Of a DNA stretch of 64,000 nucleotides, positions 45,416 through 61,242 are shown piece by piece (the stretch's first letter is position 1; the number at the start of each line of letters is the position of its first letter). A program made the translations under genes and the position numbers. The notes under the pieces are model-generated. The model did no database searches. It saw only the letters and a list, made by a program, of their open reading frames with translations, and was not told the DNA's origin. Source of the DNA: Escherichia coli (GTDB lineage: Bacteria; Pseudomonadota; Gammaproteobacteria; Enterobacterales; Enterobacteriaceae); the NCBI RefSeq assembly GCF_041886205.1, contig NZ_CP169029.1. The stretch is one strand, 5' to 3'.

Positions 45416-46163
45416 CCGTGACTTTATGCGTTATAGCCGCCAAATCCTGCTCGACGATATCGCTCTGGACGGGCAGCAAAAACTGCTCGACAGCCAGGTG
45501 CTGATTATCGGTCTGGGCGGGCTGGGTACACCTGCTGCGCTGTACCTGGCGGGCGCTGGCGTCGGGACGCTGGTACTGGCAGATGACGACGATGTGCATT
45601 TAAGCAATCTGCAACGACAAATCCTCTTTACCACTGAAGATATCGATCGCCCGAAATCGCAGGTCAGCCAACAGCGACTGGCACAGTTGAATCCCGACAT
45701 TCAACTGACAGCATTACAACAACGGTTAACGGGTGAGGCGTTAAAAGATGCGGTTGCACGGGCCGATGTGGTGCTCGACTGTACCGACAATATGGCGACT
45801 CGCCAGGAGATTAATGCCGCCTGCGTGGCACTCAACACGCCGCTTATCACCGCCAGCGCGGTCGGATTTGGCGGTCAGTTGATGGTACTGACGCCGCCCT
45901 GGGAGCAGGGGTGTTACCGCTGCCTGTGGCCAGATAACCAGGAGCCAGAACGCAACTGCCGCACGGCGGGCGTGGTTGGCCCGGTGGTCGGGGTTATGGG
46001 CACTTTGCAGGCACTGGAAGCCATTAAGTTATTAAGCGGTATAGAGACACCTGCGGGAGAACTCCGACTGTTCGACGGTAAATCGAGCCAGTGGCGCAGC
46101 CTGGCGTTGCGCCGCGCCAGTGGTTGCCCGGTATGCGGAGGAAGCAATGCAGATCCTGTTTAA
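45408..46163 (+). CDS. thiF: ThiS adenylyltransferase (E1-like)
   Basis: 251-aa product [17 protein letters not shown]... with GLGGLG nucleotide-binding motif and CxxC pairs; ATG at 45408 overlaps thiE stop (the ORF track extends upstream in frame). Confidence 0.95.
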
Positions 46164-46347
46164 CGATCAAGCGATGCAGTGCGCCGCCGGGCAAACTGTT
46201 CACGAACTACTGGAGCAACTCGACCAACGACAAGCGGGCGCGGCTCTGGCGATTAATCAGCAAATCGTCCCGCGTGAGCAGTGGGCGCAACATATCGTGC
46301 AGGATGGCGACCAGATCCTGCTTTTTCAGGTTATTGCAGGGGGTTGA
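46147..46347 (+). CDS. thiS: Sulfur carrier protein ThiS
   Basis: 66-aa product [22 protein letters not shown]... ending in GG; ATG at 46147 overlaps the thiF 3' end. Confidence 0.88.
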
Positions 46348-46348
46348 A

Positions 46349-47119
46349 ATGTTACGTATTGCGGACAAAACGTTTGATTCACATCTGTTTACCGGCACAG
46401 GGAAATTCGCTTCTTCACAACTGATGGTGGAGGCGATCCGCGCTTCCGGCAGCCAGCTGGTGACACTGGCGATGAAACGTGTCGACTTGCGCCAGCACAA
46501 CGACGCTATCCTCGAACCGCTTATCGCGGCGGGTGTGACCCTGCTGCCAAATACATCCGGGGCGAAAACAGCGGAAGAAGCCATTTTCGCCGCCCATCTG
46601 GCTCGTGAAGCGTTAGGCACAAACTGGTTAAAATTAGAGATTCACCCTGACGCCCGCTGGCTGTTGCCCGATCCCATCGAAACCCTGAAAGCCGCCGAAA
46701 CGCTGGTACAACAGGGATTTGTCGTGCTGCCTTACTGCGGGGCCGATCCGGTATTGTGTAAACGTCTGGAAGAAGTCGGCTGTGCAGCGGTGATGCCGCT
46801 CGGCGCGCCGATTGGCTCGAATCAGGGACTGGAAACCCGCGCCATGCTGGAGATTATTATCCAGCAGGCCACAGTGCCGGTGGTTGTCGATGCTGGCATC
46901 GGCGTTCCCAGCCATGCCGCGCAGGCGCTGGAAATGGGGGCCGACGCGGTGTTAGTGAATACGGCGATTGCCGTCGCGGACGATCCCGTCAACATGGCGA
47001 AGGCATTTCGTCTGGCGGTAGAAGCAGGCCTACTGGCACGTCAGTCCGGACCGGGCAGCCGCAGTTATTTTGCTCATGCCACCAGCCCGCTGACCGGATT
47101 TCTGGAGGCATCGGCATGA
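46349..47119 (+). CDS. thiG: Thiazole synthase
   Basis: 256-aa product [20 protein letters not shown]..., ATG at 46349 one nt after the thiS stop. Confidence 0.95.
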   Translation: MLRIADKTFDSHLFTGTGKFASSQLMVEAIRASGSQLVTLAMKRVDLRQHNDAILEPLIAAGVTLLPNTSGAKTAEEAIFAAHLAREALGTNWLKLEIHPDARWLLPDPIETLKAAETLVQQGFVVLPYCGADPVLCKRLEEVGCAAVMPLGAPIGSNQGLETRAMLEIIIQQATVPVVVDAGIGVPSHAAQALEMGADAVLVNTAIAVADDPVNMAKAFRLAVEAGLLARQSGPGSRSYFAHATSPLTGFLEASA

Positions 47120-48249
47120 AAACCTTCAGCGATCGCTGGCGACAACTGGACTGGGACGACATCCGCCTGCGTATCAACGGCAAAACGGCTGCTGACGTAG
47201 AGCGGGCGCTAAATGCCTCGCAACTCACCCGCGACGACATGATGGCGCTGTTATCGCCTGCCGCCAGTGGCTATCTGGAACAACTGGCCCAACGGGCGCA
47301 GCGTCTGACCCGTCAGCGATTTGGCAACACAGTTAGTTTCTACGTCCCGCTTTATCTTTCCAATCTTTGCGCTAACGACTGCACGTACTGTGGATTTTCC
47401 ATGAGTAATCGCATCAAGCGCAAAACGCTGGATGAAGCGGATATTGCCAGGGAAAGTGCCGCTATACGGGAGATGGGCTTTGAACATCTGCTGTTAGTCA
47501 CTGGTGAACATCAGGCGAAAGTGGGGATGGATTACTTTCGTCGTCATCTCCCTGCCCTTCGTGAACAGTTCTCTTCACTACAGATGGAAGTACAACCGCT
47601 GGCGGAGACGGAATACGCCGAGTTAAAGCAACTTGGTCTGGATGGCGTGATGGTTTATCAGGAGACATATCACGAGGCGACTTATGCCCGCCATCATCTG
47701 AAAGGCAAAAAACAGGACTTCTTCTGGCGGCTGGAAACGCCGGATCGGCTGGGGCGTGCGGGGATTGATAAGATAGGCCTCGGCGCGCTAATTGGCCTTT
47801 CCGACAACTGGCGCGTTGACAGCTATATGGTTGCCGAACATTTGCTATGGCTGCAACAGCATTACTGGCAAAGCCGTTACTCTGTCTCCTTTCCGCGCCT
47901 GCGCCCGTGTACTGGCGGCATTGAGCCTGCGTCGATTATGGATGAACGCCAGTTAGTGCAAACCATCTGCGCCTTCCGACTGCTTGCACCGGAGATTGAA
48001 CTGTCACTCTCCACGCGGGAATCACCGTGGTTTCGCGATCGCGTTATTCCGCTGGCGATCAATAACGTCAGCGCCTTCTCGAAAACGCAGCCAGGTGGCT
48101 ATGCCGATAATCACCCCGAGTTGGAACAGTTCTCACCGCACGACGATCGCAGACCGGAAGCGGTTGCTGCCGCGTTAACCGCTCAGGGTTTGCAGCCGGT
48201 ATGGAAAGACTGGGACAGCTATCTGGGACGCGCCTCGCAAAGACTATGA
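47116..48249 (+). CDS. thiH: 2-iminoacetate synthase (radical SAM)
   Basis: 377-aa ORF with CANDCTYC radical-SAM cysteine motif; ATGA overlap with thiG. Confidence 0.95.
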   Translation: MKTFSDRWRQLDWDDIRLRINGKTAADVERALNASQLTRDDMMALLSPAASGYLEQLAQRAQRLTRQRFGNTVSFYVPLYLSNLCANDCTYCGFSMSNRIKRKTLDEADIARESAAIREMGFEHLLLVTGEHQAKVGMDYFRRHLPALREQFSSLQMEVQPLAETEYAELKQLGLDGVMVYQETYHEATYARHHLKGKKQDFFWRLETPDRLGRAGIDKIGLGALIGLSDNWRVDSYMVAEHLLWLQQHYWQSRYSVSFPRLRPCTGGIEPASIMDERQLVQTICAFRLLAPEIELSLSTRESPWFRDRVIPLAINNVSAFSKTQPGGYADNHPELEQFSPHDDRRPEAVAAALTAQGLQPVWKDWDSYLGRASQRL

Positions 48250-48658
48250 GACGGAATGTAAGAACGTAAATTTATTCCGAGCCGCTACGGAAGATGAAAA
48301 ACGCAAGGTTGTTGAAAGCGTTGTGTTTTTTTATGGTAGTGCCGTCAGCAGGAATGTTGTCCAGGGCGAAAAGCTTCTTCCTCGTTTCGCCCTGCCTTTC
48401 TTAAAAATTCCGTAATGCAAAGTCTGAAGCCATCGCCTGTTGAGCAATGAAAGAGATCTGATTGTAAGAGAGTAAATACTCAACTATGATAGAGACGAAA
48501 ATAAGAACACATGTTCTCATCTTCCAGGATGCAGCAGACTGAAGAAATTCAGACATCCCGCAACCTGCGATTATCGCAAGGTCAAGGCAAAGTCCGGTAA
48601 TGGCGTTCTGAATACCAGAGATAATTCTCTGGCGAAACCCACCTTAAGGTGGGTTTTG

Positions 48659-49198
48659 TTATTTTGAGGGCTGAGGAAGCTGCTTATTTCTCAATAAGTT
48701 GTAGGCAATGGTGAAAAATTTCACTGATTTACCTTTCTGTTTTTCAGAAATGGGATAAGCGCTAGTTACATGCAAACGGAGTTTTTTCTTTTCCCTGAAA
48801 GCCCTGAACGCAACAAAGTAAAATGCCTTATCTCCTCCGTCTAAGTCCACCTCAATCACGGCATAGCTACCATACCCGGCATGAATAACGTTGCTTTCTG
48901 GCAGCGCCAAAATAGTTCTTTTTAAGTGTATGCGCGCTAAGTTATAACGGTGCTGGCAGAAGGGACGAGATTCTTTAGGCGCGTGGTACATTAACGATTG
49001 TTTTTCTTCGTTCGTCTGATGTTCATAATCTTTTGTGAAGCAGTGAAGAGAGTAGGTAACCCAAAAGCGATACTCTAAAGGCTCTTTGCCCTCATGATGC
49101 TGAACGTAGACAGCCTGATGAGCATCAAGAAATGATAAATCACGAATATCACCATCCGGATGTCCAAAAGGTCGCCACTTTTCCACTTCCTGTTTCAT
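48659..49198 (-). CDS. yjaZ: YjaZ / HtrC heat-shock protein
   Basis: 179-aa ORF at the conserved position between thiH and rpoC. Confidence 0.8.
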   Translation of the reverse strand: MKQEVEKWRPFGHPDGDIRDLSFLDAHQAVYVQHHEGKEPLEYRFWVTYSLHCFTKDYEHQTNEEKQSLMYHAPKESRPFCQHRYNLARIHLKRTILALPESNVIHAGYGSYAVIEVDLDGGDKAFYFVAFRAFREKKKLRLHVTSAYPISEKQKGKSVKFFTIAYNLLRNKQLPQPSK

Positions 49199-49363
49199 TC
49201 TCGTTCCTTAAGAAAGTTACACAGGAATAGTATCGAATCCTTGCCGAGTTTGACTCAATTAGTTCAGTCAGTTTCAGGATATTAGTCATCTCTACATTGA
49301 TTATGAGTATTCAGAAATTCCTTAAATATTCTGACAAATGCTCTTTCCCTAAACTCCCCCCAT

Positions 49364-49389
49364 AAAAAAACCCGCCGAAGCGGGTTTTT
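49364..49389 (-). terminator. Rho-independent terminator after rpoC
   Basis: CCCGC-CGAA-GCGGG hairpin (49371-49384) flanked by an A-run (49364-49370) and T-run (49385-49389); bidirectional in form. Confidence 0.85.
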
Positions 49390-49410
49390 ACGTTATTTGC
49401 GGATTAACGA

Positions 49411-52400
49411 TTACTCGTTATCAGAACCGCCCAGACCTGCGTTCAGCAGTTCTGCCAGGCTGGCAGATGCGTCTTCTGCAGTCATCTGCGGTGCAGCCGG
49501 AGCTTCACCCGCAGCACGGCGACGCATACGATCCTGGTGGTACGCGTAACCGGTACCTGCCGGGATCAGACGACCCACGATAACGTTCTCTTTCAGGCCG
49601 CGCAGTTCGTCGCGTTTGCCCGCAACGGCTGCTTCGGTCAGCACGCGAGTGGTCTCCTGGAACGATGCCGCGGAGATGAAGGACTCGGTTGCCAGAGACG
49701 CTTTGGTGATACCCAGCAGATCGCGGGAGTAAGTTGCACCCACTTTGCCGTTCGCTTCCAGTTCGCGGTTTGCGATCTTGACGCGAGAGTATTCAACCTG
49801 TTCGCCTTCCAGGAAGTCGGAGCTACCCGCGTTAACGATGGTAGCTTTACGCAGCATCTGACGAACGATAACTTCGATGTGTTTATCGTTAATCTTAACG
49901 CCCTGCAGACGGTATACGTCCTGTACTTCGTTAACGATGTAACGAGTAACAGCATGAACACCACGCAGACGCAGAATGTCGTGCGGCGCTTCCGGACCGT
50001 CGGAAATTACGTCACCACGTTCTACACGTTCACCTTCGAACACGTTGAGCTGACGCCATTTCGGAATCATCTCTTCGTACGGATCGCTACCGTCTACCGG
50101 GGTGATAACCAGACGACGTTTACCTTTGGTTTCTTTACCGAAGGAAACGATACCGCTGATTTCAGCCAGGATTGCCGGCTCTTTCGGACGACGTGCTTCG
50201 AACAGGTCCGCAACGCGCGGCAGACCACCGGTGATGTCCTTGGTACCGCCGGATTCCTGCGGAATACGCGCCAGGGTGTCACCAGAGCTGATCTGTACGC
50301 CATCTTCCAGCTGAACAATCGCTTTACCCGGCAGGAAGTACTGCGCAGGCATATCGGTACCCGGGATCAGAACGTCGTTACCCTGAGCATCAACGATTTT
50401 CAGTGCCGGACGCAGATCTTTACCACCTGCGGTACGTTCTGCGGAATCCAGAACCACCAGCGAAGACAGACCGGTCAATTCGTCTGTCTGACGAGTAATG
50501 GTCTGACCGTCGATCATGTCAGTAAAGCGTACAAAACCACTTACTTCGGTGATAACCGGCATGGTGTGCGGGTCCCAGTTTGCAACGGTTTCGCCGCCAG
50601 CAACCTGTTCGCCATCGCCTTTCGCCAGTACCGCACCGTAAGGCACTTTGTAGCTTTCTTTGGTACGACCGAATTCGTCGATCAGTTTCAGTTCAGTATT
50701 ACGGGAAGTGATAACCAGTTTACCGCTGGAGTTCACAACCGACTTCACGTTGCTGAGCTTGATGCTACCTTTGTTTTTCACTTGGATGCTGGATTCAGCA
50801 GCCGCACGAGATGCCGCACCACCGATGTGGAACGTACGCATGGTCAGCTGTGTACCCGGTTCACCGATGGACTGTGCCGCGATAACACCGATTGCTTCAC
50901 CCTTGTTGATGATGTGGCCACGCGCCAGGTCACGACCGTAGCAGTGCGCACATACACCAAAGTCGGTGTCACAAGATACAACAGAACGTACTTTAACCGC
51001 GTCGACAGAGTTCTCTTCCAGCAGGTCACACCACTGTTCGTGCAGCAGCGTGTTGCGCGGAACGAGGATATCAGCAGTACCCGGCTTCAGAACGTCTTCA
51101 GCAGTTACACGACCCAGTACGCGATCGCGCAGCGGCTCTTTAACGTCACCACCCTCGATAACCGGAGTCATCATGATACCTTCATGGGTACCACAATCGT
51201 CTTCGGTAACCACCAGGTCCTGCGCCACGTCAACCAGACGACGAGTCAGGTAACCGGAGTTCGCAGTTTTCAGTGCGGTATCCGCCAGACCTTTACGAGC
51301 ACCGTGGGTGGAGATGAAGTACTGGAGTACGTTCAGACCTTCACGGAAGTTCGCGGTGATTGGCGTTTCGATGATGGAGCCATCCGGCTTCGCCATCAGA
51401 CCACGCATACCAGCAAGCTGACGAATCTGTGCCGCAGAACCACGCGCACCGGAGTCGGCCATCATGTAGATGCTGTTGAAGGAAACCTGCTTCTCTTCCT
51501 GACCGTCACGGTTAATCACGGTTTCAGTTTGCAGGTTATCCATCATCGCTTTGGATACACGATCGTTCGCCGCAGCCCAGATATCGATAACTTTGTTGTA
51601 GCGTTCGCCCGCAGTTACCAGACCAGACTGGAACTGCTCCTGAATTTCAGCAACTTCTGCTTCTGCCTCGGAGATGATTTCGTGTTTCTTCTCCGGGATG
51701 ACCATGTCATCGATACCAACAGATGCACCAGAACGCGCTGCATAGGCGAAGCCGGTGTACATGATCTGGTCCGCAAAAATAACGGTCGGTTTCAGACCGA
51801 GAATGCGGTAGCAGGTGTTCAGCATTTTGGAGATTGCTTTTTTACCCAGCGCCTGGTTGACGATGGAGTAAGGCAGACCTTTCGGTACAATCATCCACAG
51901 AATGGCACGGCCAACAGTCGTGTCTTTCAGGCTGGTTTTCGCTACTAATTCACCGTTAGCATCTTTTTCATACTCGGTGATACGCACTTTAACGCGCGCA
52001 TGCAGAGAAGCCAGACCAGAGCGATACAGACGTTCTGCTTCTTTCGGGCCAGTCAGCACCATGCCTTCGCCTTTGGCGTTAACACAGTCACGGGTCATGT
52101 AGTACAGACCCAGTACAACGTCCTGAGACGGAACGATGATTGGTTCGCCGTTCGCCGGGGACAGGATGTTGTTGGTAGACATCATCAGCGCACGCGCTTC
52201 CAGCTGGGCTTCCAGCGTCAGCGGTACGTGAACAGCCATCTGGTCACCATCGAAGTCGGCGTTATATGCCGCACAAACCAGCGGGTGCAGCTGGATAGCT
52301 TTACCTTCGATCAGTACCGGTTCAAATGCCTGGATACCCAGACGGTGCAGAGTCGGTGCACGGTTCAGCAGTACCGGGTGTTCGCGGATAACTTCGTCCA

Positions 52401-53634
52401 GGATATCCCAAACGACAGCTTCTTCGCGCTCAACCATTTTCTTCGCAGCTTTAATGGTGGTAGCAAGACCACGCAGTTCCAGCTTGCCGTAGATGAACGG
52501 TTTGAACAGCTCCAGTGCCATTTTCTTCGGCAGACCGCACTGATGCAGACGCAGGTATGGACCTACGGTGATTACAGAACGACCGGAGTAGTCAACACGC
52601 TTACCGAGCAGGTTCTGACGGAAACGACCCTGTTTACCTTTGATCATGTCGGCCAAAGATTTCAGAGGACGCTTGTTAGAACCGGTGATCGCACGACCGC
52701 GACGACCGTTATCCAGCAGGGCGTCTACCGCTTCCTGCAGCATACGTTTTTCGTTACGTACGATGATGTCCGGCGCAGCCAGATCCAGCAGACGTTTCAG
52801 ACGGTTGTTACGGTTAATGACGCGACGATACAGATCGTTCAGGTCAGAAGTCGCGAAACGACCACCATCCAGCGGAACCAGCGGACGCAGATCTGGCGGC
52901 AGTACCGGCAGAACGGTCAGGATCATCCACTCTGGTTTGTTACCAGACTGAACGAACGCTTCCAGCAGTTTGATACGCTTGGTCAGCTTTTTACGCTTGG
53001 TTTCGGAGTTGGTTTCGTTCAGCTCTTCACGCAGCTGTTCGCACTCTTGCTCCAGATCCATGCTCTTCAGCAGAGCCTGGATTGCTTCCGCCCCCATCTT
53101 CGCGTCGAATTCGTCACCGAACTCTTCCAGCGCGTCCAGATACTGCTCTTCAGTCAGGATCTGCTGACGTTCCAGGTTGGTCATACCGCCTTCGATAACC
53201 ACATAGGATTCAAAGTACAGTACGCGTTCGATATCGCGCAGCGGCATATCGAGCAGCAGACCGATACGGGACGGCAGCGATTTCAGGAACCAGATGTGCG
53301 CAGTCGGGGAAGCCAGTTCGATGTGGCCCATACGCTCACGGCGTACTTTAGTCTGGGTCACTTCAACGCCGCACTTCTCACAGATGACGCCACGGTGTTT
53401 CAGGCGCTTGTACTTACCGCACAGGCACTCGTAATCTTTTACCGGCCCAAAGATACGGGCGCAGAAAAGGCCGTCACGTTCTGGTTTGAACGTACGGTAG
53501 TTGATGGTTTCCGGCTTTTTAACTTCACCGAAAGACCATGAACGGATCATGTCTGGCGAAGCCAGAGCAATTTTGATCGCATCAAACTCTTCGGTTTTAG
53601 TCTGCGCTTTCAGAAACTTTAATAAATCTTTCAC
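49411..53634 (-). CDS. rpoC: RNA polymerase beta' subunit
   Basis: 1407-aa ORF ([33 protein letters not shown]...), GTG start. Confidence 0.99.
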   Translation of the reverse strand: MKDLLKFLKAQTKTEEFDAIKIALASPDMIRSWSFGEVKKPETINYRTFKPERDGLFCARIFGPVKDYECLCGKYKRLKHRGVICEKCGVEVTQTKVRRERMGHIELASPTAHIWFLKSLPSRIGLLLDMPLRDIERVLYFESYVVIEGGMTNLERQQILTEEQYLDALEEFGDEFDAKMGAEAIQALLKSMDLEQECEQLREELNETNSETKRKKLTKRIKLLEAFVQSGNKPEWMILTVLPVLPPDLRPLVPLDGGRFATSDLNDLYRRVINRNNRLKRLLDLAAPDIIVRNEKRMLQEAVDALLDNGRRGRAITGSNKRPLKSLADMIKGKQGRFRQNLLGKRVDYSGRSVITVGPYLRLHQCGLPKKMALELFKPFIYGKLELRGLATTIKAAKKMVEREEAVVWDILDEVIREHPVLLNRAPTLHRLGIQAFEPVLIEGKAIQLHPLVCAAYNADFDGDQMAVHVPLTLEAQLEARALMMSTNNILSPANGEPIIVPSQDVVLGLYYMTRDCVNAKGEGMVLTGPKEAERLYRSGLASLHARVKVRITEYEKDANGELVAKTSLKDTTVGRAILWMIVPKGLPYSIVNQALGKKAISKMLNTCYRILGLKPTVIFADQIMYTGFAYAARSGASVGIDDMVIPEKKHEIISEAEAEVAEIQEQFQSGLVTAGERYNKVIDIWAAANDRVSKAMMDNLQTETVINRDGQEEKQVSFNSIYMMADSGARGSAAQIRQLAGMRGLMAKPDGSIIETPITANFREGLNVLQYFISTHGARKGLADTALKTANSGYLTRRLVDVAQDLVVTEDDCGTHEGIMMTPVIEGGDVKEPLRDRVLGRVTAEDVLKPGTADILVPRNTLLHEQWCDLLEENSVDAVKVRSVVSCDTDFGVCAHCYGRDLARGHIINKGEAIGVIAAQSIGEPGTQLTMRTFHIGGAASRAAAESSIQVKNKGSIKLSNVKSVVNSSGKLVITSRNTELKLIDEFGRTKESYKVPYGAVLAKGDGEQVAGGETVANWDPHTMPVITEVSGFVRFTDMIDGQTITRQTDELTGLSSLVVLDSAERTAGGKDLRPALKIVDAQGNDVLIPGTDMPAQYFLPGKAIVQLEDGVQISSGDTLARIPQESGGTKDITGGLPRVADLFEARRPKEPAILAEISGIVSFGKETKGKRRLVITPVDGSDPYEEMIPKWRQLNVFEGERVERGDVISDGPEAPHDILRLRGVHAVTRYIVNEVQDVYRLQGVKINDKHIEVIVRQMLRKATIVNAGSSDFLEGEQVEYSRVKIANRELEANGKVGATYSRDLLGITKASLATESFISAASFQETTRVLTEAAVAGKRDELRGLKENVIVGRLIPAGTGYAYHQDRMRRRAAGEAPAAPQMTAEDASASLAELLNAGLGGSDNE

Positions 53635-53710
53635 GGATTTGCTCCCGTCGGAGTTAGCACAATCCGCTGCCGGGTTTTAACCCGACAGCAGTGACCTGTT
53701 TGAGCGAGAA

Positions 53711-56700
53711 TTACTCGTCTTCCAGTTCGATGTTGATACCCAGCGAACGAATCTCTTTCAACAATACGTTGAAGGATTCTGGCATGCCCGGCTCCATCTG
53801 ATGGTTGCCGTCCACGATGTTTTTATACATCTTGGTACGACCGTTCACGTCATCAGACTTAACGGTGAGCATTTCCTGCAGGGTGTATGCTGCGCCGTAT
53901 GCTTCCAGCGCCCACACTTCCATCTCCCCGAAACGCTGACCACCGAACTGTGCCTTACCACCCAGCGGCTGCTGAGTAACCAGGCTGTAAGAACCGGTGG
54001 AACGCGCGTGCATCTTGTCGTCGACCAGGTGGTTCAGTTTCAGCATGTACATGTAACCAACGGTTACCGGACGCTCGAACTGTTCACCAGTGCGACCATC
54101 GTACAGGCGGATCTGACCAGAAGTCGGCAGGTCGCCAAGTTTCAGCAGCTCTTTAATTTCTGCTTCTTTCGCACCGTCGAACACCGGCGTTGCGATTGGC
54201 ATACCTTTGCGCAGGTTTTCAGCCAGACGCATAACTTCTTCATCGCTGAAGGTACTCAGGTCAACTTTCTGACGAACGTCAGCGCCCAGATCGTACGCAC
54301 GCTGGATGAATTCGCGCAGTTTCGCGACTTCCTGCTGCTGTTTCAGCATGGCGTTGATCTTGTCGCCGATACCTTTCGCAGCCATACCCAAGTGGGTTTC
54401 GAGGATCTGACCGATGTTCATACGAGACGGTACGCCCAGCGGGTTCAGTACGATGTCTACCGGCGTACCGTTTTCATCGTAAGGCATATCTTCGATCGGG
54501 TTGATCTTAGAAATTACACCCTTGTTACCGTGACGACCTGCCATCTTGTCACCAGGCTGGATACGGCGTTTAACCGCCAGATATACCTTAACAATCTTCA
54601 GCACGCCCGGTGCCAGATCGTCGCCCTGGGTGATTTTGCGGCGTTTCGCTTCGAGTTTCTTCTCGAACTCGTGTTTCAGTTCGTCATACTGCTCAGCCAG
54701 CTGTTCCAGCTGATTTTGTTTCTCTTCGTCGGTCAGACCCAGCTCCAGCCAGCGATCGCGCGGCAGTTTGTCGAGCTTCTCAGCTTCAACGCCACCGGCT
54801 ACCAGCACAGCACGGATACGGCTGAACAGACCCGCTTCGAGGATCTGCAGTTCTTCAGACAGGTCTTTCTTCGCCTGTTTGAGCTGCATTTCTTCGATTT
54901 CCAGCGCACGTTTGTCTTTTTCTACGCCATCGCGAGTAAAGACCTGAACGTCGATAACCGTACCGGATACACCGTTTGGTACGCGCAGAGAAGAGTCTTT
55001 AACGTCAGACGCTTTCTCACCGAAGATCGCACGCAGCAGTTTTTCTTCTGGGGTCAGCTGGGTTTCACCTTTCGGCGTTACCTTACCAACCAGAATGTCG
55101 CCACCGGTTACTTCCGCACCAATGTAAACGATACCGGATTCATCCAGTTTGGAGAGCGCAGCTTCACCCACGTTCGGGATGTCAGCGGTGATCTCTTCTG
55201 GCCCCAGCTTGGTGTCACGGGACACACACGCCAGTTCCTGAATGTGGATGGTGGTGAAACGGTCTTCCTGAACAACACGCTCGGATACGAGGATGGAGTC
55301 TTCGAAGTTGTAACCATTCCACGGCATGAACGCTACGCGCATGTTCTGACCAAGCGCCAGTTCACCGAGGTCGGTGGACGGACCGTCTGCCAGCACGTCG
55401 CCACGTTCAACCGGTTCACCCAGAGACACACACGGCATCTGGTTGATACAGGTGTTCTGGTTAGAACGGGTGTATTTGGTCAGGTTGTAGATGTCGATAC
55501 CTGCTTCACCCGGATACATCTCGTCCTCGTTAACTTTGATAACGATACGGGAAGCATCCACGTACTGAACGACACCACCACGTTTAGCTACCGCAGTTAC
55601 ACCGGAGTCAACGGCAACAGCACGTTCCATACCAGTACCAACCAGCGGCTTATCAGCGCGCAGAGTCGGAACGGCCTGACGTTGCATGTTCGCACCCATC
55701 AATGCACGGTTGGCGTCATCGTGTTCCAGGAACGGGATCAGGGACGCACCGACGGATACCACCTGCTGGGTGGATACGTCCATGTAGTCAACCTGGTCGC
55801 GGCTGAACAAGCTGGATTCGCCTTTGCTACGGCAAGTTACCAGGTCTTCTACGAAGTGGCCTTCTTCATCCAGGTTGGAGTTCGCCTGGGCGATAACGTA
55901 GTTGCCTTCTTCGATAGCAGACAGGTAGTGAATTTCGTCAGTTACAACACCGTCGGTCACTTTACGATACGGAGTCTCAAGGAAGCCGTATTCGTTAGTC
56001 TGTGCGTACACGGACAGAGAGTTGATCAGACCGATGTTCGGACCTTCAGGGGTTTCGATTGGACATACGCGACCGTAGTGAGTCGGGTGTACGTCTCGAA
56101 CTTCGAAGCCTGCACGTTCACGGGTCAGACCACCTGGGCCGAGTGCGGAGATACGACGTTTGTGCGTAATCTCAGACAGCGGGTTGTTCTGGTCCATAAA
56201 CTGAGACAGCTGGCTGGAACCGAAGAACTCTTTCACTGCTGCGGAAATCGGCTTGGCGTTGATCATATCCTGAGGCATCAGGGTATCCAGATCGCCCAGA
56301 GACAGACGCTCTTTCACCGCACGCTCTACACGTACCAGGCCAACGCGGAACTGGTTTTCCGCCATTTCGCCAACGGAACGGATACGACGGTTGCCGAGGT
56401 GGTCGATATCATCGACTTCGCCTTTACCGTTACGGATATCGATGAGCTTTTTCATAACATCAATGATGTCGTCTTTGCTCAGGATACCGGAACCTTCGAT
56501 TTCTTCGCGCAGCAGAGAACGGTTGAACTTCATACGACCAACCGCAGACAGGTCATAACGGTCTTCGGAGAAGAACAGGTTCTCGAACAGGCTTTCCGCT
56601 GCTTCACGAGTCGGCGGCTCGCCAGGGCGCATCATGCGGTAGATTTCTACCAGTGCGCTCAGACGGTCGTTAGTTGGGTCGACACGTAAGGTTTCAGAGA

Positions 56701-57739
56701 TATATGGGCCGTGATCCAGATCGTTGGTGAACAGCGTTTCGATACGCTTGTGACCAGACTGGCTCAGCTTAGCCAGCAGATCCAGGCTCAGCTCCATGTT
56801 CGCTGCGCAGATCAGCTCGCCGGTAGACTCATCAATATAGTCTTTAGCAACCACTTTACCTGCGATGTACTCAACCGGGACTTCGATCAGTTTGACGTCG
56901 TCTTTTTCCAGCTGGCGAATGTGGCGCGCAGTGATACGGCGGCCTTTTTCTACGTACACTTTACCGTTAGCTTCGATGTCAAAAGATGCGGTTTCACCAC
57001 GCAGGCGTTCCGGCACCAGTTCCATCTGCAGCTTGTTATCACGGATTTCAAAGATAACTTTTTCAAAGAACAGGTCGAGGATCTGCTCTGTGGTGTAGTT
57101 CAGGGCACGCAGAATGATGGTCGCAGGCAGTTTACGGCGACGGTCGATACGTACGAACAGGTTGTCCTTCGGATCGAATTCGAAGTCCAGCCAGGAACCA
57201 CGGTAAGGGATGATGCGCGCGTTATACAGCACTTTACCCGAAGAGTGGGTTTTACCTTTGTCGGAGTCAAAGAAGACGCCCGGACTACGGTGCAGCTGGG
57301 AAACGATAACACGCTCAGTACCGTTGATAACAAAGGTACCGTTGTCTGTCATGAGCGGAATTTCGCCCATGTAGACTTCTTGTTCTTTAATGTCTTTTAC
57401 GGTGCCTTCCGGCGCTTCGCGCTCATAGATCACCAGACGCAGTTTAACGCGCAGCGGTGCGGAATAGGTCACGCCACGGATTTGACATTCCTGGACGTCA
57501 AACACCGGTTCGCCAAGGCGGTAGCTGACGTATTGCAGCTCGGAATTACCGCTGTAGCTCTGAATCGGGAATACGGAACGGAAAGCAGCTTCCAGACCAT
57601 ACTGCCCTTCAGGATCTTGCTCGATAAATTTCTGAAACGAGTCAAGCTGGATAGAAAGGAGATAAGGTACATCCAGAACTTGTGGACGTTTACCAAAATC
57701 CTTACGAATACGTTTTTTCTCGGTATAGGAGTAAACCAT
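53711..57739 (-). CDS. rpoB: RNA polymerase beta subunit
   Basis: 1342-aa product [31 protein letters not shown]..., ATG at 57737-57739 (the ORF track extends 11 codons upstream). Confidence 0.99.
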
Positions 57740-57988
57740 AGGGTTCCTCAGCTCGCTGACAAGTCGACCCATCTGTCCATTGAGCGGACAGTTTGTGCAA
57801 CACTATTTTGTTGACCGGAAAATGGAACACTTTCCGCAATGCCTGTTGCTATCACGCTTAAACCATTTCATTGCGATTTACACAGAACGGGCGTCCTGTC
57901 GCAGTATATTAAGTCGTCGATAGAAACAAGCATTGAAAGGCACAGCAGTAGTCAAACAGTGTGAAACGCTACTGGCGCCTTACAGCGC

Positions 57989-58019
57989 AAAAAGGCTGGT
58001 GACCAAAAAGTCACCAGCC
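57989..58019 (-). terminator. rplL-rpoB intergenic attenuator (partial terminator)
   Basis: GGCTGGTGAC-CAAAAA-GTCACCAGCC hairpin (57994-58019) followed on the minus strand by a T-run; position matches the known rpoB attenuator. Confidence 0.75.
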
Positions 58020-58058
58020 ATCAGCCTGATTTCTCAGGCTGCAACCGGAAGGGTTGGC

Positions 58059-58424
<366 letters not shown>

Positions 58425-58490
58425 TTAAATTGTTCCTGAATATCAGAATAAGTTTATACGTAAGCGAATGCGTTAAAAAGATAACTGCGA

Positions 58491-58988
58491 TTAAGCAGCT
58501 TCTTTCGCATCGCGTACAGCAGCCAGAGTACGAACCAGTTTGCCAGCCGAAGCTTCTTTCATGGTTGCCATCAGGCGTGCAATTGCTTCTTCGTAGGTCG
58601 GCAGAGTTGCCAGGCGGTCGATCTGAGACGCCGGGATCAGCTCACCTTCAAAGGCAGCGGCTTTGACCTCAAATTTTGCATTCGCTTTCGCGAACTCTTT
58701 GAACAGACGAGCAGCAGCGCCCGGGTGTTCCATAGAGTATGCAATCAGGGTCGGACCAACAAACGCGTCTTTCAGGCACTCGAACGGAGTACCTTCAACA
58801 GCACGGCGCAGCAGGGTGTTACGAACAACACGCATGTATACGCCAGCTTCGCGACCTGCTTTACGCAGTTCAGTCATTTTATCTACAGTTACGCCACGGG
58901 AATCCGCAACTACTGCAGACAGCGCGCCTTTGGCTACTTCGCTGACTTCAGCAACAATCGCTTGTTTGTCTTGAAGATTTAAAGCCAT
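58491..58988 (-). CDS. rplJ: Ribosomal protein L10
   Basis: 165-aa [38 protein letters not shown]... Confidence 0.98.
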
Positions 58989-59400
58989 TAGCTTTGCTCC
59001 TGGATGTTTGCCAGAGAAAATCTCTGGAACTCACTTCACTCCTCCAAACGGAGAGAGCGTCTTAATTACGGTGAGCAGAAACAAGCCAGAATATAAAAGA
59101 ATAATCTTAGCGTTCTGTCACCGTCTACGCAGGGGATTAAGTTTCTTGCGAAACTCCTGCGGTCTTCGACGGAGGCCTGGATAGGCCAGGCTCCAACGAA
59201 CAAATCTTTTCTATCCGTCGCTATTCAACTTGTGGCGGCGTTGGCTTCCTTCATTCGCACCAGTCACATAGTTAGCTATGCTCCTGGCGACTCACTCAGT
59301 TGCCGCCTTGCCACAACCCGAATATCTCGGATATACGTCTGCATTAAGCATTATACGTGGGGGTAAGATTGTAGACAAAATCACCGCCCACGTAAAGGCA

Positions 59401-60600
<1,200 letters not shown>

Positions 60601-60695
60601 TTACGGGCAAGGCCCATAAAAACAAAAGGCGCGAAATTGTATTCCAATCTCACGCCTTGTGCAACGATTAAATCGCCGCTTTTTTGATCGCTGGG

Positions 60696-61241
60696 TTAGG
60701 CTTTTTCAACCTGGCTGAAGTCCAGCTCTACCGGGGTCGCACGACCGAAGATAGAAACAGACACTTTCAGACGAGATTTCTCGTAATCCACTTCTTCAAC
60801 AACACCGTTGAAGTCAGCGAACGGACCATCATTAACACGGACCATTTCACCCGGTTCAAACAGCGTTTTCGGACGCGGCTTATCACCAACCTGCTGCAGG
60901 CGGTTCATAATCGCATCGACTTCTTTATCGCTGATTGGCGCAGGACGATCGGAAGTACCGCCGATGAAGCCCATCACACGCGGTACGCTGCGCACCAGGT
61001 GCCAGCTCGCGTCGTTCATCACCATCTGAACGAGGACGTAGCCAGGGAAGAATTTACGTTCGCTTTTGCGACGCTGACCGCCACGGATTTCAACCACTTC
61101 TTCGGTTGGTACCATGACTTCACCAAACAAATCTTCCATGTTGTGTAATTTGATATGCTCACGCAGCGACGTTGCTACGCGGCCTTCAAAACCGGAAAAC
61201 GCCTGAACGACGTACCAGCGCTTTTTAGGAGCTTCAGACAT
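60696..61241 (-). CDS. nusG: Transcription antitermination factor NusG
   Basis: 181-aa [45 protein letters not shown]... Confidence 0.98.
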
Positions 61242-61242
61242 C

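Noticed and set aside
49537-57814. Very long plus-strand ORFs (803, 513, 962 and 367 aa) on the strand opposite rpoC and rpoB
   Set aside because: They lie entirely antisense to the RNA polymerase beta and beta' genes, whose identity is unambiguous; stop-poor antisense frames are a known artefact of codon bias in highly expressed genes, and none has a convincing start context.
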